DNA of 64,000 nt from Mobula hypostoma (taxonomy: Eukaryota): NCBI RefSeq assembly GCF_963921235.1, contig NC_086109.1, positions 11,224,001-11,288,000 on the forward strand, in the 5' to 3' direction. The translations under genes and the position numbers were made by a program. The notes beneath the pieces are model-generated. The model had not been told where the DNA came from. It saw nothing but the letters and a program-made list of their open reading frames with translations, and did not search any database. Position 1 is the first letter of the stretch. Each line of letters opens with the position of its first letter. Shown piece after piece: positions 52,304 to 64,000 of the stretch.

Positions 52304-55300
52304 GTAAAATCGGTCTCCTTGGCAATCTCAAACACTTGCTGTCTGATCACTGTTCTAATAGCTCAAATTGGGATTCACCCTAATTCAAATCCCTCTGAGC
52401 GCTCACTTATTAGAGTTGTAGAGCACTACAGAACAGAAGTGGGCCTTTCAGCCCCTCTAGTCTGTGCTGAACTGTTATTCTCTATAGTTACATCAACCCG
52501 GACCTAAGCCCTCCCATTGATGAACTTATTTAAACTTCTCTTAAATGTTAAAATCATACCTGCATCTTCCACTTCCATTGGCATCTCGTTCCACACTGTC
52601 ACCACCCTTAGAGTAAAGACATTCCCCCTCAGGTTCCCCTTAAGTGATTCAGCTTTCACCCTTCCACTGTGATCTCTAGTTCTAGTCTCGCCCAACCTCA
52701 ATGGAAAAGCCTCCCTATCCCTGTCATAGTTTTGTATACCTCTATCAAATCTCTCATTCTCCTACACGCCAGGGAGTCAAGTTCTAACCTGTTCAGCCAT
52801 TCCCTATAACTCAGGTCTTCTTCAAGTCCTGGCAATGTCCTTATAAATTTTAATTTTACTACCCTTATGAACACACGTGCTTACTTTGAAGTTGGGCGAA
52901 AGCAGAGCGTGATTTTAGTCCACTTCTGGAGTAGGTTGTATTTGTATAATGAAGAAAATAAGTGGAAAATCTCTGTTGGAATATGGAGTTCTGTAGAGGA
53001 GCTGCACAGTGTGACAACCACTGCTTCATGACCTACCCCTTCCCCCTTTTAACACCAATAATAAATAGTCATGGGAAAGTACAGCACAGAAACGTGCCCT
53101 TCAGCCCATCTAGTTCATGACATGCCGAAACATTTAAACTGCCTACTCCTATCGAGCTGCACTGGCACAATAACTCTCATACCCCTACTATCCATTTACC
53201 TATTGAAACTTAAACATTGAAAACAAGCTTGCATGCACCAGTTGTGTTGCCAGCTCGTTCCACACTCTTATGACCCTCTGAGTGAAGAAGTTTCCCCTTT
53301 AAATTTTTCACCTTTCACTCTTTACCCACGACCTGGTTGTAGTCCCACCCAACTCAGTGGAAAAAGCCTGTTTGCATTTACTCGATCTATACCTCTCATA
53401 ATTTTGTATATCCCTGTCAAATCTCCTCTCAATCTTCGATGTTCCAAGGATGAGGAGCTTTTTCTTTTAAAGAACGGTACAGAAGAACCGCAGTGGTTCA
53501 AGAAACTGGCTCACTACTGCCACCGCCTGGAGTAGTTGGGTATGGACAAGGTGCTGCTCGCCACTCCTCCCCAGCCCTCCCTGAGGTAATCATTGTACAG
53601 GTCCTCTCCAGGTTTCGGCAGAGTTCCATGCCCCTCCCTCTGACACAGCCCATTACCCTCCAATTTCTTTCATCCATGGACCTATCGATGAGTCCTCTAT
53701 CTCGTTGCTTCATCCTCGTTAATAGGAATTCCCCAATCTGGAAATAACTCGGAAAGTGTGTAGCTCAGGTGGTTGATGGTCGGCTGAAGTTGTTTCCGAT
53801 CTTGGCAATACATTTGCAAGCAGATTTCCAAGATCAGGGAATAACTGAACCCAACCATTCCCCTATTTCATTACATCATTATCATCATCATATGACATGG
53901 TCAGTCATGGTCCTATGACTATGGAACTGGTTTGAATTGCCACCTTCTGAGCAGTGTCTTTACAAGATGGGTGACCCCAGCCAATATCAATACTCTTCAG
54001 AGGTTGTCTGCCTGGCATCAGAAGTCGCATAAGCAGGACTCGTACAACCGGTTGCTCATCCCCCATCTGCTCCAGTGGCTTCACGTGACCCTGATCAGGG
54101 TGGGGCTGGGCACCTTGCCTGTTGGTGACCTGCAGGATAGTGTAAGGAAGGAGCGGTTTACAGCTTCTTTGGTAGAGATGTCTCTCATTACACCCATTTA
54201 TGTTTAATCCTCATTAATTGACATTCCACCACTCTTTCATTATATCCAGTGCTTAATCATCATTAATCTACTTTCCACTACTTTGTTACATATCTATTCA
54301 GTTTTTTCCTCATTATAGTAAAGTCCACTATTTCCTAATTGGTAAGAAATCATCATTACTATACTCAGAGGTACCTTTGTATAGGTAACAGCCTCAAACA
54401 ACACCCCAACAATGCAGCCCAGGCACTTGCCATCCTGGGAAGAAGGCGATGTCTGTCCACTTTGTCTATGCCTTAAAATCTTGTGCATGTCTTTCAAGTC
54501 GTCTCTCGCCCTCTTTCGCTGCAAAGAGAAAAGCCCTAGCTCGCTCAACCTTTCTACATAAGACTTGTTCTATTAAATCAGACAGCATCTTGGTCTATCT
54601 CCCCTGCACCCTCTCTAAAGCTTTCACATCTTTCCTATAACGGAGTGATCAGAATTGAACAGAATATTCCAGGTGTGGTTTCATCAGGGTTTTACAGAGC
54701 TGCAACGTTACGTCCTGGGTCTTCAACTCAATACCCTGACTGACAAAGATCAACACACGATTCACCTTAACCACTCAGTTGCCTTAGCTCTGAAGAGATC
54801 TATAAATTCCAGGGTTCCTCTGCTCCTCCACACTGCTGCAAGTCCTGTCATTAACCTTGTACTCTACCTTCAAGTTTGACCATGCGACATATTTTGCTAC
54901 ACACTTCCTGACTGAAGTGCCAAATATAGTTCAATAGGTTTCAAATAGTACATTTAATTTAATATACAATATACATCGTGAAATTCTTTTACTTCGCAAA
55001 CATCCACGAAAACAGAGGAGTGTCCAAAAAGTGTTAGAACCCCAAAGTCCCCCCAGCTCCCCCCACCCACGCATAAGCAGCAACAAAGCAACGATTCCCC
55101 CCCCACCCCCACCAGCATAAAAAGCATTGGCACCCCCCACGAGCACTCAAGCGTGCAGCAAAACATCAGTAAAGACACAGGCTTTTAGTACCGCAGACTC
55201 TCCCTCCCCCTATTAGGGAAAAAGAGTTGTACCCATTTCAGTGAGAGGGGAGACGTAACAAAACAACTCACTGATTTATGGTGTTAAAGCCTGTTGCGTC

Positions 55301-56189
55301 ACTTTTTCCGGGCTCTGTGCCTCTGGGCACATGGCCAGCAGCAAACCCACTGTTTCCGATCTTCCTTGTTCTCCCACAATGCATCAGTCGCCTGCAGCAG
55401 CACCAGCCTTGAATCCACCCACCTCCAGACCCACGAAAATCCATTGCCCTGAAGGCGCGTTAGTCTTCTAGGCCGTGACTTTGGCATTTCGAAAGCGGCC
55501 AGTTGTGAGACCCTGAGAGCGGGTCCCATTCCCGCAAAGAACTGAAGTCAGAGTGTAACTCCAGGTCAGGGGCTTCAAAAGAACCTTGAAAGAGGAGAAA
55601 AAAAAATATCAAAGATAGAAATACGGCTGTTTCCGACAATGCACGCAAAGGAGTCGCCGTTTAGTGCCATCGTCACTCAGCTCTGCCTCTGAACCTCTCA
55701 GCCCAGCTTTGCATCTTATCAGTGTCCCATTGTAGCCTACCTTCTACACTATCTACAACACCAGCAAGCTCTCCTGAAAGCTCACTAACCTACTTTCCAG
55801 TTCCTTACCCAAGTCCTTTATAGAGCAGGGGTCCCAGAATACATTCCTGACCTCCAGTCTGAATACACACCGTCTACTGCTGCCCTCTGCCTTCTGTGGG
55901 CTAGCCAGTTTTGAATCCATACCGCTAAGTTTCCAAGGGATCCGTAAGTCGTAGGAGTAGAATTGGGCTCTTCGGCCCATTGAGTCTGCTCCACCATTCC
56001 ATCTTGTTTGATTTATTATCCAGGGACACCTTGAATTTCGAGGTTGTGTCCTCTGTTCCAGGACTCCCCCACTGAGAAACAACCTTCCTGGATGAATGTA
56101 AGCTGGTGAGGACCTGTCTTTGGTGCAGTCTGGTGTGAACTCCTGGCATTCTTTCACTTGGATCTAAATGTCTGTATTCTTTTGTGCAG

Positions 56190-56290
56190 TTGGTGAGACT
56201 GACGCAGAGAAAGTTCGTGTCGATCTGATGGAAAACCAAGCGATGGATTTCCGCATGGCTATTGTTCGATTGTGTTACAACCCTGACTAT
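56190..56290 (+). CDS. GSTM: Glutathione S-transferase Mu, exon 5
   Basis: CAG/GTGAGT boundaries, 101 nt, VGETDAEKVRVDLMENQAMDFRMAIVRLCYNPDY. Confidence 0.95.
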
Positions 56291-56581
56291 GTGAGTCCGG
56301 CACCGGTGCTGATAAGTCAATACACTGCTGTTTTGTTTTCGTAGGGCAGAAGGGGAAGCTCAATTGTATTAAATGCGTGCCTTCAAAAGTTTAAGGCTGT
56401 GCTATGGCGAAAAACTTTACCATGCTGGCTTTTGAATCAGGAATGTGTCCTGTTTCAAGACTCAAGGTTGTTTAATGTCATTTCCAGTACACAAGTGTAA
56501 AGGAAAATGAAATAATTGTTACTCTGGATCAGATGCAGGACAATAAGATAAAGAATACAGTAATAAAAAATAAATATAATA

Positions 56582-57631
56582 CAGTGGATTCTGGTTAATT
56601 GGGACACATTGTGACCAGGTCATTTTGGCCCAATTAAGCGGGTGATCCAATAGGCAAAGTTTTATGGAAATAGTTAAACAGCAGTTTGTCCTTTTTTTTT
56701 TAAAGAAAAAAAATACCTTTTAAACTAAGTAACAAATGATGTATTTAAATGAAAATGTAGCATGGCCAAGGGATTGAAACATCAATGAGTGGTGGTCCCT
56801 GGTTGAGAATCCTGCAGCCAACCTCAGGGGCGCTGCTGGCCCCGGGGGGTGCGGCCAGCCTCGGGGGCCGCTGCCGGGGGGTGCGGCCGGCCTCGGGAGG
56901 CTGCTGCCGGCCTCGGGAGGCTGCTGCCGGCAGCAATGCCAAGCAGGAAACAACATCTTCCTGTCAATTTCAGTGAAATACAGAACAAATTAGAATGCTC
57001 CCAAAACTACCACAGTACTACATAAATCATGAGTATTAGATCCTCATAGTTATCGACAGAAGAATTCATTTTGTACACACTGACTTGTTCTTTTGATTGA
57101 CTGAATAGAATCAGTGAAGATAATGGACTGTCTTCAAACAATGCTTTTGACAATTGCATCCTCCAAATCTTCATTTTAATTGTAACAGTCAAGATTATTG
57201 CTGATACTTTTAAATTCTTTGTAGTTCTTTTCTAACTTGTTGAAGTAGCGAAAGTGTTTCATTTTCGCTCCCAGCCATTTCTGGCACCTCCAAGCCTGAA
57301 TGCTTGAGACTGCGGTGAGCAGAACTGCTCTGAATTGTCTTGCTGTTTATTACTTGCCAACTATCAGCAATAAAAATGCTGCTTTCTTAACACAAACACA
57401 TAAACAGTTATTTAAAAAAAACTTGGCTCCAAGCACAGTGCAGTGTCTCAGGGCCACTACTGAAGCTGGTTAGGAAATGTTCAGCAACAGGGTAGCCTAA
57501 TTGAGGCAAGTGGTAGAGTCCCAAATAAAGAAAAGGGAATCCCAGCTATTTTCTGTTTTTGTTCTTTAACGATTGTTCCAAATAAGCAGCTGTCCTGATT
57601 AACAAATGGCCCAATTAACCAGAATCCGCTG
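56582..57631. mobile_element. Non-autonomous pogo/Tigger-like DNA transposon; partial relative at about 3575-3710
   Basis: TIRs CAGTGGATTCTGGTTAATTGGG / CCCAATTAACCAGAATCCGCTG with TA on both sides. Confidence 0.8.
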
Positions 57632-57744
57632 TACGTGACACAGGAGAATCTGTACATAAGGTGAACGACAGGAAATGAGAAAGTGGTGGTGGGGGGTGGG
57701 TTAACGGGTGGAGGTGTTGATCAGCCTTGCTGCTTGGTGAAGGT

Positions 57745-58640
57745 AACCCACACAAACTCAGCAGGCCAGGCAGCATCTATGGGGGGAGGAGAAAAAAAAA
57801 GTACGGTTGATGTTTCAGGCTGAAACCTTTTGGCAGGACTGGAGGAGAAAAAGCTGAGGAGTAGATTTAAAAGGTGGGAGGGAGGGGAGAGAGAACCACC
57901 AGGAGGTGATAGGTGAAACCTGGAGGGGAGGGAGGAAGTAAAGAGCTGGGAAGTTGATTGGTGAGAGAGGGAAAAGGGAATGGGAACTGGAGAAGGGTAG
58001 GGTTGGGGGGGGGGGGGGGATCATTACCAGAAGTTTAAGAGATCGATGTCCGTGCCATCAGGTTGGAGGCAACCCAAATGGAATACAAGGTGTCGTTCCT
58101 CCAGCCTAAGTGTTGCCTCATCACGATAGTGGAGGAGGCCATCGATTGGACGTATTGGAATGGGAAGTGGGTGGCTACTGGGAGATCCCACTTGTTCTGG
58201 CAGACGGAGCATAGTCGCTCAGCGAGGCAGTCTCCCAATCTATACTGGGTCTTACCGATGTCCAGGAGGCCACACCAGGAGCATCGAACACAGTAAATGA
58301 CCCCAACAGGTTTGCAGGTGAAGTGTCGCCTCACCTGGAAGGACTGTTTAGGGCCTTGGGTGTTAGGGAGGAGGTGTGGGGGCAGGTGTGGCTCTTGTTC
58401 CACTTGAAAGGATAAGTGCCAGGAGGGAGATCAGTGGGGAGGGACGAATGGACAAGGGAGTCACGTCGGGAGTGATACTGCAGAAAGTGGGAAGAGGGAA
58501 AGATGTGCTTGGTGTTGGGATCCCGCTGGATGTGGCGGACGTTTCGGAGAATTATAGGCTGGACGCGGAGGCTGGTGGGGTGATAGGTGAGGACACGGAA
58601 CCCTCTCCCTGGTAGGGTGGCGGGAGAACTCTGACCTTGG
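57745..58640 (-). mobile_element. Penelope-like 3' fragment
   Basis: GVIYCVRCSWCGLLDIGKT and pLTR sequence. Confidence 0.85.
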
Positions 58641-61109
58641 TGAAAGTAATTGTCTTTGAATCTGGTGGTCCTGGTGTGGATGCTGCATAGTCCTTCCAAT
58701 CAGGCAACGTTGTGAGTGGGAAATAAGGACCCTTAATAATGAGGGTTGTTCCGTGGACGATTCTTCCGCACTCAAAAGTAATTAAGTTTTCAATTTTGGA
58801 CATTGTTGCTTTTGAATGACCCTTGTATGATAAGTGCAATTAGAAGAGTTTGTTTTAAATAGGGCTTGGGAAAAGTGCTGGGCCTTTGAAGGAGCTGTGG
58901 TTTAAAATGCCTCATTTGCAGTGATCCTATAAATTGATCCTCTTTATCCAAGCATGTGAAATTCAATGGGGATTGAGGTTTCTAATTCGGCATTAGACAG
59001 GAATTGACTAATTGATCATAAACACAGGAGTTTCTGCAGGTGCTGGAAACCCAGAGGAGCGCACACAGCAATACACACACAATGCTGGGGGAACTCAGCA
59101 GGCCAGACAGCATCTATGGGAAAGAGTACAGTCCACATTCCAGGCTGAGACCCGAAGGGTCCTGTCGACCCTTCCGTAGATGCTGCCTGACCTGCTGAGG
59201 TCCTCCAGCATTATGTGTGTGTTGACTAGAAGTTTGTATTTGACAAGGTTTGATTGTGAAATTCTGTTTGGCTGCGTTTGGTAGCAGTTCTCGGGCTTGT
59301 GTGGTCCTGGGGTTTTGCAGTGTTAGTGGCTGTGTGTTGGCAGTGAGAGAAAGGCCCTAATCCAGCCCCGGCCTCTAAAAGGCATGGAGACACAGGAGTA
59401 ACAAGCGAACTGGTAGAATTCAGTGGCTCAAGCAGCATCTGTTGAAGAAAGGAACCACTGGTGTTTCGGTTTGAAAACCTACATTGGGGTTCTTTCCTTC
59501 CACAGATGCTGCCTGAACAACTGAGTTCCTCTGAGGGGCATCTTCACTTTATCCTGCAGTACCAGTTGCAACAGTAGGTGGCACTCTTCAAGGTCCTTAT
59601 AGTGACAAAGGGCCACCAGCTTTTGGGACCCAGAGGATCCCAACCTGGGATTCACGGATCCCTCCGTTAATGGTAGGGGTCCATGGCATATAAAAAAAAA
59701 TTGGGAACCCCTGCCTTAACCCATCAGGTCCAGGATAAAAAAAAACTAAAAAGGGGAACAAGATGGAGTTGGTACTGAAAGGGGGAGAAAAGAAATTGGA
59801 TTCTTTATAATGATAATTGTTTTTCTAAATTCTATAATATGGGCAATTAGTAGCCTAAATTTAACTAGTTTGAGGGAAAGGTTAAGTGAGCAAGGGCTAT
59901 TTTCATTGGAATGAAGGAGAATGAGAGGTGACTTGATAGACAATGGACAATAGGTGCAGGAGCAGGCCATTCAGCCCTTTGAGCCAGCACTACCATTCAC
60001 TGTGATCATGGCTGATCATCCACAATCAGTACCCTTTTCCTGCCTTCTCCCCGTATCCCTTCACTCCGCTATCTTTACGAGCTCTATCTAACTCTTTCTT
60101 GAAAGAATCCAGAGAATTGGCCTCCTCTGCCTTCTGAGGCAGTGGTGTTCATGATAAAGAGGCCTAGATAGTGGAGAGTCAGAGACTTTTTCCCGGGGTG
60201 GAAATGTCGGACTTCAAGGTGATTGGAGGAATGCATAGGGGGAGATGACTGAGGCAGGTATTTTAAATATACAGAGGGTGGTTTACGCTTGGAAGTTACA
60301 GCCGGGGTGGCGGTAGAGGCAGATATATTAGGGAGATTTCAGAGATTCTTAGATAGGCACTTGGATGAAAGAAAAATTGAGGGCAGTGTGGGAGGGAAGG
60401 GTTATATTGATCACGGAGTTGGTTAAGTGGTCAACACAACATCATTGGGCTAAGGGCCTGTACTGAACTGTACTGTTCTATACTCTGTCCTAACTTGTTT
60501 TAGTATAAATGAATTGTAATGCAGAAAATTACTCGTACTTTCTCAAGTACACTGGTTGCTAAGCAACACCCTTGGGTAGACTAAAGAGCCAACACTCATC
60601 AATGGATTTGGACAATTATGAGAGGCAGATAAAGGGTAGACAGAACCTTTTCTCCCCCCCAGGGTAGAACACTAAAAGGCATAGCTTTTATATCGTGTGT
60701 GAGAGAGAGAGAGAATCAGATTTATAACGTTTTTTTATAGACGGGTTGATTTCATCTTGGAATAGGTTAAATGGTAAATGCAACTTAATAGGCTTAAGGG
60801 CCTATGCTGTGCTTAGTGTTGTATGTTTTGTTTCATGTCTTTAAGTACCAGAGAAGTCAAATGTACTCCTGAAGCAGCATCTACAGGATATAAGAGCCAA
60901 ATCTATTTGCTGCTGTGAAGGAAAGGGGATCTGGGTTGTTAGAACTGGATTATTGTTCCCCTACACCATAATCTTCACTGTTGTTGGTTGATCATTCACT
61001 GCTGTCCGATAGTTTATCACAGTGTTTGGGAGAGGCTATGGACTTGCAAGTTTTTTTTTATATAGTCATGATGCCATTGATTATTTAAATTCTATGAAAT
61101 GTCCTGGTT

Positions 61110-62520
61110 ACCGCAATAACAAAGGAGCTTCTTGTGGACTACAGGAGGAATGGAGACAGGCCAACCCCTATTGACATCAGTGGAGCTGGGGTTGAGAGGT
61201 GAACAGCTTTAAGTTCCTCGGCATGCACATCACTGAGGATCTTGTGTTGCCTGTACATAACTGGCTGTGTGGTGAAAAAAGCACAACAGCCTCTTTCACC
61301 TCAGACAGTTGAAGATCGGTGGTGTGCAAGTGGAACAGGTCAAAAGCTTTAAGTTCCTCGGGGTCAATATCACAAATGACCTGACTTGGTCCAACCAAAC
61401 AGAGTTCACTGCCCAGAAGGCCCACCAGTGCCTTTACTTCCTGAGAAAGCTCAGGAAATTTGGCCTGTCCCCTAAAACCCTCACTAATTTTTATAGATGC
61501 ACCGTAGAAAGCATTCTTCTAGGGTACATCACAACCTGGTGTGGAAGTTGCCCTGTCCAAGACCAGAAGAAGCTGCAGAAGATCGTGAGTACAGCCCAGC
61601 ACATCACACAAACCAATCTTCCGTCCTTGGACTCACTTTACACCGCACGCTGTCGGAGCAGTGCTGCCAGGATAATCAAGGACATGACCTACCCAGCCAA
61701 CACACTTTTCATCCCTCTTCCCCCCAGAAGAAGGCTCAGGAGTTTTAAGACTCGTACGGCCAGATTTGGGAACAGCTTCTTTCCAACTGTGATAAGACTG
61801 CTGAGCGGATCCTGACCTGGATCTGGGCCGTACCCTCCAAATATCCAGACCTTCCTCCCGGTTTTTTTGCACTACCTTACTTTCCCTTTTCTGTTTATGA
61901 TTTATAACTTTAATTTTTAATATTTATGATCGATTTGTACTCCAGGGAGCGGGAAGCGCAGAATCAAATATTGCTGTGATGATTGTACGCTGTAGTATCA
62001 ATTGTTTGGCGACAATAAAGTATGAAGATGTTTGGCATGGGCGCCCAAATCCTAAGAAGTTTCTACAGGGGCACAGTTGAGATCATCCTGACTGGCTGCA
62101 TCACTGCCTGGTATGGGAACTGTACTTCCCTCAATCACAGGACTCTACAGAGATGTGCGGACAGCCCAGTGCATCTGTAGATGTCAACTTCCCACTGTTC
62201 AGGCCATTTACAGAGACAGGTGTGTAAAAAGGGCCTGAGGGATCACTGGGGACCCAAGTCACCCCAATCACAATCTATTCCAGCTGCTACCATCCGGGAA
62301 AAGGTACCGCAGTGTTAAAGCCGGGACCAACAGGCTCCGGGATAGCTTCTTCCACCAGGCCATTGGACTGATTAATTCATGCTGATACAACTGTATTTCT
62401 ATGTTGTATTGACTATCCTGTTGTACATACTATTTATTATAAATTGCACACGTAGATGGATGTAATGTAAAGGTTTTTACCCTTCATATATATAAAGGAT
62501 GCAAGTAATAAAGTAAATTT
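61110..62520 (+). mobile_element. Rex1/Babar-type LINE fragment containing a second Rex1-type insertion (61317-62022)
   Basis: ORF 61309-61815 (SFKFLGVNITNDLTW...FGNSFFPTVIRLL); TGAAGAT duplicated at 61310-61316 and 62023-62029. Confidence 0.8.
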
Positions 62521-63099
62521 GATTTGATAACTGTCTAAGAATGTCCCTCAGGACTTTCATCTTAACCAGCCTATTGGCTGCTTGGTGGTATAATACTCCT
62601 TCTTTGCCAGTAAAGTTCTTGTATTGTGTTTTGAGAGAAGCCTTCTGTATAAGTGCAAGTTATTTGACCCTGAGTATTTGGTCTATGGAGAAACACACAA
62701 AATGTTGGAGGAACTCAGCAGGTCAGGTAGCATCAATGGAGGGAGATAAACAGAAGATGTTATCAGGTTGGCATGCTTCATCAGGACTGAAAGGTCAACC
62801 AATAGTTTTCCTCCACAGATGCGGCCTGACCTGCTGAGTTCCCAAGGCTTTCCTCTGTGTTGCTCAAGATTCCCAGCATCTGCAGAAACTTTTTTGAGTC
62901 TCTGTGGTCTATTGAGAGGACTGGCTAATGCCATGGTAACACTTGCAGTTGTTAGTATCCCCAGAAGGTGGTGCCATTGCAAGGAATTTTTTAAAATTTT
63001 TATTTTTTTGTTACAAGGAGTTGTTCCATAAAATAGCAATTGAAACTTCCTAGCTGGGTAGTAGAATGTTTCCTCCAGTTGACTATTTCTTTATTTCTT

Positions 63100-63930
63100 G
63101 CATTCTTCACACACACATGGGGAGTAAAAATCTTTACATTATGTCTTTATCTGAATGTGTAATGTGCAAATTATTGCAAGTTTCTATATGTACAAAGATA
63201 TACAACAGAACAGTCAATATAGCTTAGAAATATAATTGTATCAGTGTAAATTAATCAGTCTGATGGCCTGGTGGAAGAAGCTGACACGGAGCCTGTTGGT
63301 CCTGGCTTTAATGCTGTGGTACTGTTTCCGGATGGTAGCAGCTGGAACAGTTTGTGGTCGGGGTGACTCGGGTCCCCAATGATCCTTCGGGCCCTTTTTA
63401 CACACCTGTTGCTGTAAATGTCCTGAAAAGTGGTAAGTTCACATCTACAGATGGTCTGGGCTGTCCGCACTACTCTCTGCTGAGTCCTGTGATTGAGGGA
63501 AGTACAGCTCCCATACCAGGCAGTGATGCAGCCAGTCAGGATGCTCTCAATTGTGCCCCTGTAGTCCTTAGGATTTGGGGACTTGTGCCAAGCTTTTTCA
63601 ACCGTCTGAGGTGAAAGAGGTGTTGTTGTGCTTTTTCACCACTCAACCAGTATGTACAGACTAAGAGAGGTCCTCGGTAATGTGTATGCCGAGGAACCCG
63701 AAGCTGTTCACCCTCTCATCCCCAGACCCATTCACATCAATAGGGGTTAGCCTGTCTCCATTCCTCCTGTAGTCCACAACCAGCTCCATTGTTATTGTGA
63801 CATTGAGGGAGAGGTTGTTTTCTTGACACCACGGTGTCAGGGTGATGACTTCTCTGTAGGCTGCCTCGTTATTATCTGAGTTAAGGCCAATCAATGTAGT
63901 GTCGTCAGCAAATTTAATTAGCAGATTGGA
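63100..63930 (-). mobile_element. Rex1/Babar-type LINE fragment
   Basis: WCQENNLSLNV...SFGFLGIHITEDL; inverted relative to 61110-62520. Confidence 0.8.
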
Positions 63931-64000
63931 GCTATTAGCAGATGGTGCTATATCTATGTTTCTCTGTTAAACAAACACTCCCAACCCAACCACCTCGCTG

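Noticed and set aside
56291..64000. GSTM exons 6-8
   Set aside because: I found no 96-nt exon with the expected LG.RPWFAG-type sequence. They probably lie beyond the window, so truncation or pseudogene status is not claimed.

Overview
Vertebrate genomic DNA, very repeat-rich. The repeat landscape (CR1, Penelope-like, Rex1/Babar, tRNA-SINE, Tc1) suggests a cartilaginous fish; this is an inference. Two host genes lie on the + strand. The first is the last two coding exons of AMP deaminase 2 (AMPD2, 1880-4580). The second is exons 1-5 of a Mu-class glutathione S-transferase (GSTM, 33099-56290, continuing beyond the window) with canonical exon sizes 36/76/65/82/101 nt. This is the AMPD2-GSTM order seen in human. 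The intergenic region is a nested stack of elements. A decayed Gypsy LTR element (about 22150-32935, minus strand) has lost its pol core, and a Tc1 transposon plus an intronless RBM25 retrocopy sit in its place. It also hosts a Penelope > CR1 > Penelope nest. Its 5' LTR ends 50 bp upstream of the GSTM TATA box and has kept its CpGs. Penelope-like elements and their short fold-back derivatives carry minimal hammerhead ribozyme motifs (CUGANGA...GAAAC-GUC) in about ten copies. Two have intact cores, and several appear disabled by CpG decay at one conserved G. Repeat boundaries without a stated target-site duplication (TSD) or terminal inverted repeat (TIR) are approximate.
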